From positions 992,001 to 1,056,000 of the forward strand of contig CAVVLJ010000017.1 of the NCBI GenBank assembly GCA_963749075.1: a stretch of DNA of 64,000 nucleotides, read 5' to 3'. Shown piece by piece: positions 57,304 to 64,000 of this stretch. The notes beneath the pieces are model-generated. The model searched no databases. It was not told where the DNA came from and saw only the letters and a program-made list of their open reading frames with translations. The position numbers and the translations under genes are program-made. The stretch is from an uncultured Pseudomonadota bacterium (GTDB lineage Bacteria; Pseudomonadota; Alphaproteobacteria; JACZXZ01). The first letter of the stretch is position 1. The number at the start of each line of letters is the position of its first letter.

Positions 57304-57532
57304 GGCGCTCTTTATCTGGGTCATGCCGCCTCGGGAGCCAAGGGCAGAGGCGTGAGGAAGGCCGGAGGTGAACGGGCGTTTCTACCGCGCTTGGCGCCAA
57401 GCTGTCCAGAAGTGCCGTCGCAAGGCGCGCCGATATTGATCGCCAGCGAGGCGCCGGCCAAGATGGAGGCCGCGCGGCCGAGCGATTTGCCGAAGCCACG
57501 GGCGCGCGAGGCCGCCTTATAGGGGAGCGAGG

Positions 57533-58453
57533 ATGACAGCGGCAACGGATGACGACGGCATGCCGGAGCTCCCTCCGATCGAGGGTTATCTCCACTCGCT
57601 CGCGACCGAGCTGCAGCTGCCGGAGGCGGCCATCGCGGCGTGCACGCTGCGCTTCGCGGAAGCGGGACCGACGCTGCGCGCGGTGCTCGCGCGCGCGGCC
57701 GATGGCGAGGCGCTCGGCGAGGACGACGCGATGCTCCTCTTCCGCGGCCTCTATATTCTCGGCGCCCGCCGCGATGCGCAGGCTTTTGCACCGCTCTTGC
57801 GCCTGCTGCGCCGCCCCGACGAGGAGGTCGAATGGCTGCTCGGCGACGCCGTGACGATTGGCTTGGCGCGCATCGTGGCCGGCGTCTTCGACGGCGATGC
57901 CGAGGCCCTCTTCGCGGCGACCGCCGAGCGCGCGCTCGACCAGTTCATCCGCGAGGCGCTCTTGGGCGCCGCCGCCTTTCTTGCCTGGGAGGGGCGCATC
58001 GCGGGCGAGGCGATGGTGCGCTTTCTCGAGCGCTTCTACGAGGAGCGCCTGGCGGACGACGACGACATGGCCTGGATCGGCTGGCTCGAGTCGATCGCCT
58101 TGCTCGGGCTGCGGCCGCAGGCGCCTCTCGTCGAGCGCGCCTGGCAGGAGGGGCGCATCCCCGAAGGCGTTCTCGAGCGCAAGCACTTCGCGGCGGACCT
58201 CGCCCGCGCCGAGGCGGCGCCCGACGACATCGCGCGTTTCGAGGAGGCCAATCGCGGTTATATCGAGGACGTGCTCGAGGCGCTCGCCTGGACCAGGCGT
58301 TCCGACGGGGACGAGGCGGAGGAGCTCCCGCCGTCCGACGCCTGGCCAACCACCGTCGAGCCCGCCGTCAATCCCTGGCGCCACGTCGGGCGCAACGATC
58401 CCTGCCCCTGCGGCAGCGGCAAGAAAGCCAAGCGCTGCTGTCTCGCCAGATGA
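57533..58453 (+). CDS. DUF1186-like protein with a C-terminal SEC-C motif
   Basis: WLLGDAVT..L.R..AGVFDGD; VGRNDPCPCGSGKKAKRCC. Confidence 0.82.
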   Translation: MTAATDDDGMPELPPIEGYLHSLATELQLPEAAIAACTLRFAEAGPTLRAVLARAADGEALGEDDAMLLFRGLYILGARRDAQAFAPLLRLLRRPDEEVEWLLGDAVTIGLARIVAGVFDGDAEALFAATAERALDQFIREALLGAAAFLAWEGRIAGEAMVRFLERFYEERLADDDDMAWIGWLESIALLGLRPQAPLVERAWQEGRIPEGVLERKHFAADLARAEAAPDDIARFEEANRGYIEDVLEALAWTRRSDGDEAEELPPSDAWPTTVEPAVNPWRHVGRNDPCPCGSGKKAKRCCLAR

Positions 58454-58576
58454 GCGGCTGCGGGACTTTGCTCGGAGGCTAGAGACGTGCCGTGCCGCAG
58501 CGCCGGCGGGCGATCCGGGATCGCCCGCCGCTGCCGCGTCACGCCGGCGCCCGGGTGAGGCGCCGTCAGGGGAACC

Positions 58577-59659
<1,083 letters not shown>

Positions 59660-59742
59660 GCCTGCCTCCTTATCCCACGAGTGCCTCAGGGCACGCAACG
59701 CGCGCGAGGGGAGCCGGCGCCGAGGCGTGCATCGAGCTCATT

Positions 59743-59773
59743 GTACATATTTTGTTCTGTTCCGCAAGTGTTC
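59743..59773. promoter_or_regulatory. Two tandem alphaproteobacterial LexA (SOS) boxes upstream of recA
   Basis: GTAC-atatttt-GTTC (59743-59757) and GTTC-cgcaagt-GTTC (59759-59773). Confidence 0.85.
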
Positions 59774-59798
59774 TTGCAACATGTGTTTTGCAAAGTAA

Positions 59799-59811
59799 AA
59801 TCAATATGTTA
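59799..59811 (+). promoter_or_regulatory. IHF consensus match (AATCAA-TATG-TTA) in the recA upstream region
   Basis: Exact WATCAANNNNTTR match in an AT-rich patch. Confidence 0.45.
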
Positions 59812-59871
59812 TTAATTTGGCGGCAGCGGCCGGCAGCGAAATTGGCGTTAAGGCCGAGGAGGCCTCTGGCC

Positions 59872-60291
59872 CTATTCGTCGCGCTGGGTGCGCTCGAGGC
59901 GCTCGTGGCGCTCCTGCGCCTCGAGGCTGAGCGTGGCGATCGGGCGGGCCTCGAGGCGGCGCAGGCTGATCGGCTCCGCGGACTCCTCGCAATAGCCGTA
60001 GGTGCCCTCCTCGATGCGCCGGAGCGCGTCGTCGATCTTGGAGATGAGCTTGCGCTCGCGGTCGCGCGTCCGGAGCTCGAGCGAGCGGTCGGTCTCGAGC
60101 GAGGCGCGGTCGGCGATGTCGGGCTCGGCCAGGCTCTCCTGCTGCAGGTGGACGAGGGTCTGGGAGGATTCGCGCAGCAGATCCTCGCGCCAGCGCAACA
60201 GCTTCTGGCGGAAGTACTCCCGCTGCAACTCGCTCATGAAGGGCTCTTTCTCGGTCGGACGGTAGTCGGGAGGAATCGACGGCCGGATCAT
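59872..60291 (-). CDS. dksA: RNA polymerase-binding transcription factor DksA
   Basis: [16 protein letters not shown] coiled-coil tip, [25 protein letters not shown]. Confidence 0.94.
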   Translation of the reverse strand: MIRPSIPPDYRPTEKEPFMSELQREYFRQKLLRWREDLLRESSQTLVHLQQESLAEPDIADRASLETDRSLELRTRDRERKLISKIDDALRRIEEGTYGYCEESAEPISLRRLEARPIATLSLEAQERHERLERTQRDE

Positions 60292-60534
60292 TCGTTGCTC
60301 CAAACGCCCAGGACCTGGAACGGGCCGCACTATAGGGAGGCGAATGGCCTCCAGCAAGAGGAGAGGAAGCCGCCCGGACATCACATAATTGCGCGCCTCG
60401 AGAGGCCGCGCGCGCCCCCTCCCGCCTCGGCTAAGCCTTTGACTTGCTTGCACGCGACCCTGCCGTGCTATAACCCTCGCCCGGCCGCGCAGGGGCGTGC
60501 CGGCGGCGCCCGAAGTGCCGCCCAAGGGGACGAC

Positions 60535-60987
60535 ATGAAGCCGAAGATCCTGGTCCTCAACGGGCCCAATCTCAACCTGCTCGGCCAGCGCGAGCCCGAG
60601 CTCTACGGCTCGGACACGCTGGCCGACATCGAGCGGGCCATGCGCGCGCGCGCGGACGCCCTCGGGCTCGCCCTCGACTTCCGCCAGTCGAACCACGAGG
60701 GCGAGCTCGTCGAGTGGATCCACGAGGCGCGCGAGAGCGCCCAGGGCATCGTCATCAACCCGGCCGCCTATACCACCACCTCGATCGCCATCCTCGACGC
60801 GCTCCTCGCCTGCCCGGCGCCCATCATCGAGGTCCACCTCACCAACATCCACAAGCGCGAGCGCTTCCGCCAGCACTCCTACGTGTCGCGCGTGGCGCGG
60901 GGCGTGCTCTGCGGCTTCGGCGCCCACGGCTATCTCCTCGCCCTCGAGGCGCTGGCCAAGCTCGTGCAGCCGCCGCCAGGTGCCTGA
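60535..60987 (+). CDS. aroQ: Type II 3-dehydroquinate dehydratase
   Basis: [40 protein letters not shown]. Confidence 0.95.
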   Translation: MKPKILVLNGPNLNLLGQREPELYGSDTLADIERAMRARADALGLALDFRQSNHEGELVEWIHEARESAQGIVINPAAYTTTSIAILDALLACPAPIIEVHLTNIHKRERFRQHSYVSRVARGVLCGFGAHGYLLALEALAKLVQPPPGA

Positions 60988-61439
60988 TGGCCGAGCCGGG
61001 CAAGCCCCAAATCGACAGCGAGCTCGTCCACCGCCTGGCGCGGCTCCTCGAGGAGACCGGCCTCTCCGAGCTCGAGTACGCGACCGACCATTGGCGCATC
61101 CGCGTGGCGCGCCAGACGGCTCCGGCCGCGGCGGTAGCGTGCGCGCCGCCGGCCGCAGCCGCACCCGCCGCGGCGCCGGCCGAGGCGGTTCCCGACGCGG
61201 CGCACCCGGGCGCCGTGCTCTCGCCCATGGTCGGCACGGTCTATCTCCTGCCCGAGCCGGGTGCCGCCCCCTTCGTCAAGGTGGGCGACCAGGTGAAGGC
61301 CGGCGCCACGCTCCTCATCGTCGAGGCGATGAAGGTGATGAACCCGGTGGCAGCGCCGCGCGCCGGCCGCGTCGTCAAGATCCTGGTCGAGAACGGCGCC
61401 CCCGTCGAGTACGGCGCCGCGCTCATGATCATCGAATAG
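60987..61439 (+). CDS. accB: Acetyl-CoA carboxylase biotin carboxyl carrier protein
   Basis: SPMVGT, EAMKVMN biotinyl-lysine motif. Confidence 0.95.
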   Translation: MAEPGKPQIDSELVHRLARLLEETGLSELEYATDHWRIRVARQTAPAAAVACAPPAAAAPAAAPAEAVPDAAHPGAVLSPMVGTVYLLPEPGAAPFVKVGDQVKAGATLLIVEAMKVMNPVAAPRAGRVVKILVENGAPVEYGAALMIIE

Positions 61440-61461
61440 CCGCCGGCCGGAGGCACCTCCC

Positions 61462-62805
<1,344 letters not shown>

Positions 62806-62856
62806 GCGGAGGGGAAAATGCCCGATGGGCAAAAGTGACCGCGCGTCGCAGCCGCA

Positions 62857-63810
62857 TCACGCTTCTTGCGGCGGCTCTTGCGACGGCTTGAGAAACTCCC
62901 GCTGCACCCACTGCATGCGCTTCGCGAACTGGACCAGGGCCTCATCCCCGCCGAATTCCACGATCGTCCCCTCTCCGAAGTAGAAATGGCGCACGCGCTC
63001 GCCGATCGAGAGTGCGGGCCGCGTCGGCTCGCCTGGCGGACCGGCCGTGGCCTCGGCGGCAGGCGGCTCGCCCGAGCGAATGACGATGACCGCGGTACCC
63101 GCGGCCTCGTCGTAGAAGGCATCCCGGCGGCGCACGATCTGAACGGCGGCGAAGAGCGTGGCGGCCGACAGGACCAGGCCGGCCGCGACATCGCCGAGGA
63201 GGAAAGGGGTGCTCAGGAGGCTGAAGCTCGGCAGCAGCGAGCCATAGGCCTGGAGAGCCAGTGCCGGCAGGAACGGCAGGAGCAGCAGGAGATTCCGCTT
63301 GGCCGCGGCGCCGACCCGCAGCGTCCCGGGCGTCCCTTCGACAACGCGGACCCGCGTCGCGCGCTTGCCGACCGTCTGGCCATTCCGCCGCTCGAGCACG
63401 ATGCGGTAGAGGAACAGCAACGGCAGCCAGAGCAAGTCCATCGAGAAACCGCGCACCGGCTTGCCGTCCGCATCGGCCATGAAGACGAACCACACGTTCT
63501 TGGCGATGCGGCCCTCCCGCGTCGACCGGCCGATCGTCACCGTGCGCGCCACCGGCAGGCCGAAGAACGTGCTCACGCAGTCGAGCGCGTAATTCGCCGC
63601 GAAATCCGGCGGGACGCGCAGCTCTGCGGGAGGGGAGGCAAGGCGTCTGCAGCTGCGAAATTCCAAGCCGCCGCCGTATTGGACCAGACCGTTCGTCAGC
63701 GGGAAGGCGGCGAGGGCCGCCACTTGAAGCAAGACCACGATGATCAGGACGTCGATGAGGAAAGCGCCGGCGCGCCGCCAGAACCCGCCCCGCTCGCCCG
63801 CCGGGATCAT
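62857..63810 (-). CDS. RDD-family membrane protein with a C-terminal PcrA/UvrD-type Tudor-like domain
   Basis: FWRRAGAFLID, GQTVGK, YDEAAGTAV (RDD); GERVRHFYFGEGTIV..VQF tail. Confidence 0.78.
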   Translation of the reverse strand: MIPAGERGGFWRRAGAFLIDVLIIVVLLQVAALAAFPLTNGLVQYGGGLEFRSCRRLASPPAELRVPPDFAANYALDCVSTFFGLPVARTVTIGRSTREGRIAKNVWFVFMADADGKPVRGFSMDLLWLPLLFLYRIVLERRNGQTVGKRATRVRVVEGTPGTLRVGAAAKRNLLLLLPFLPALALQAYGSLLPSFSLLSTPFLLGDVAAGLVLSAATLFAAVQIVRRRDAFYDEAAGTAVIVIRSGEPPAAEATAGPPGEPTRPALSIGERVRHFYFGEGTIVEFGGDEALVQFAKRMQWVQREFLKPSQEPPQEA

Positions 63811-63912
63811 CCGAAGCGCTTCGGCTTGCCGGGTTCCACGATCGCGCTCTCGGCTGCACGGCGGTTGCCCTCGATGGTGCCGAGGGTGCCCAAGTCTAGA
63901 TGATCCGGCAGT

Positions 63913-63968
63913 CCCAAGATAGCTGGCCCAAGATAGCTGGCCCAAGATAGCTGCCCCAAGATAGCTGC
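63913..63968 (+). repeat. Tandem repeat 4 x 14 bp CCCAAGATAGCTG(G/C)
   Basis: Read directly at 63913, 63927, 63941 and 63955. Confidence 0.93.
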
Positions 63969-64000
63969 GGCTCGTCGCGATGACGCGGGCCGCAGCGCGC

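Noticed and set aside
59872-60291. DksA lacking the four-Cys zinc finger
   Set aside because: One-Cys, zinc-free DksA is the normal alphaproteobacterial type.
63913-63968. CRISPR array
   Set aside because: The units are 14 bp and contiguous with no spacers; no cas genes in the window.

Overview
High-GC alphaproteobacterial chromosomal segment. The taxonomy is inferred from GTTC-N7-GTTC LexA boxes at recA, a one-Cys DksA and the aroQ-accB-accC order. Main contents: (i) abrB-vapC toxin-antitoxin pair and assorted metabolic genes (1-10 kb); (ii) TPP-riboswitch thiC followed by bluB; (iii) a ~17 kb cobalamin cluster with a B12 riboswitch (cbiB, cobD, cobT, cobB, cobA, cbiD, cobM, cobI, truncated cobL, cobQ, cobO, cobN, cobW, cobU) that lacks cobG/H/J/K/F in this window; (iv) a visibly AT-richer ~3 kb defence islet (Mrr-type nuclease plus a small unknown gene, vapBC, a truncated ParE/RelE toxin and its antitoxin) between a ComDE-like ThDP decarboxylase and an atypical CoA-transferase-fold pair with a TauE exporter; (v) caspase-like protease, GT32, a frameshifted SGNH protein, pssA/psd, LysM protein and a cytochrome c cluster; (vi) housekeeping genes icd, MoxR/vWA, alaS, recA, dksA, aroQ, accBC. 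There are two families of structured intergenic repeats and a 14-bp tandem repeat. No rRNA, tRNA, CRISPR array, integrase or transposase was recognised. I cannot confirm an undescribed system from sequence alone. The best candidates are the ComDE/Glu-less CoA-transferase/TauE module, the Mrr two-gene unit, the incomplete cob pathway and the RDD-Tudor fusion. All calls are by eye from motifs; no database searches were run.
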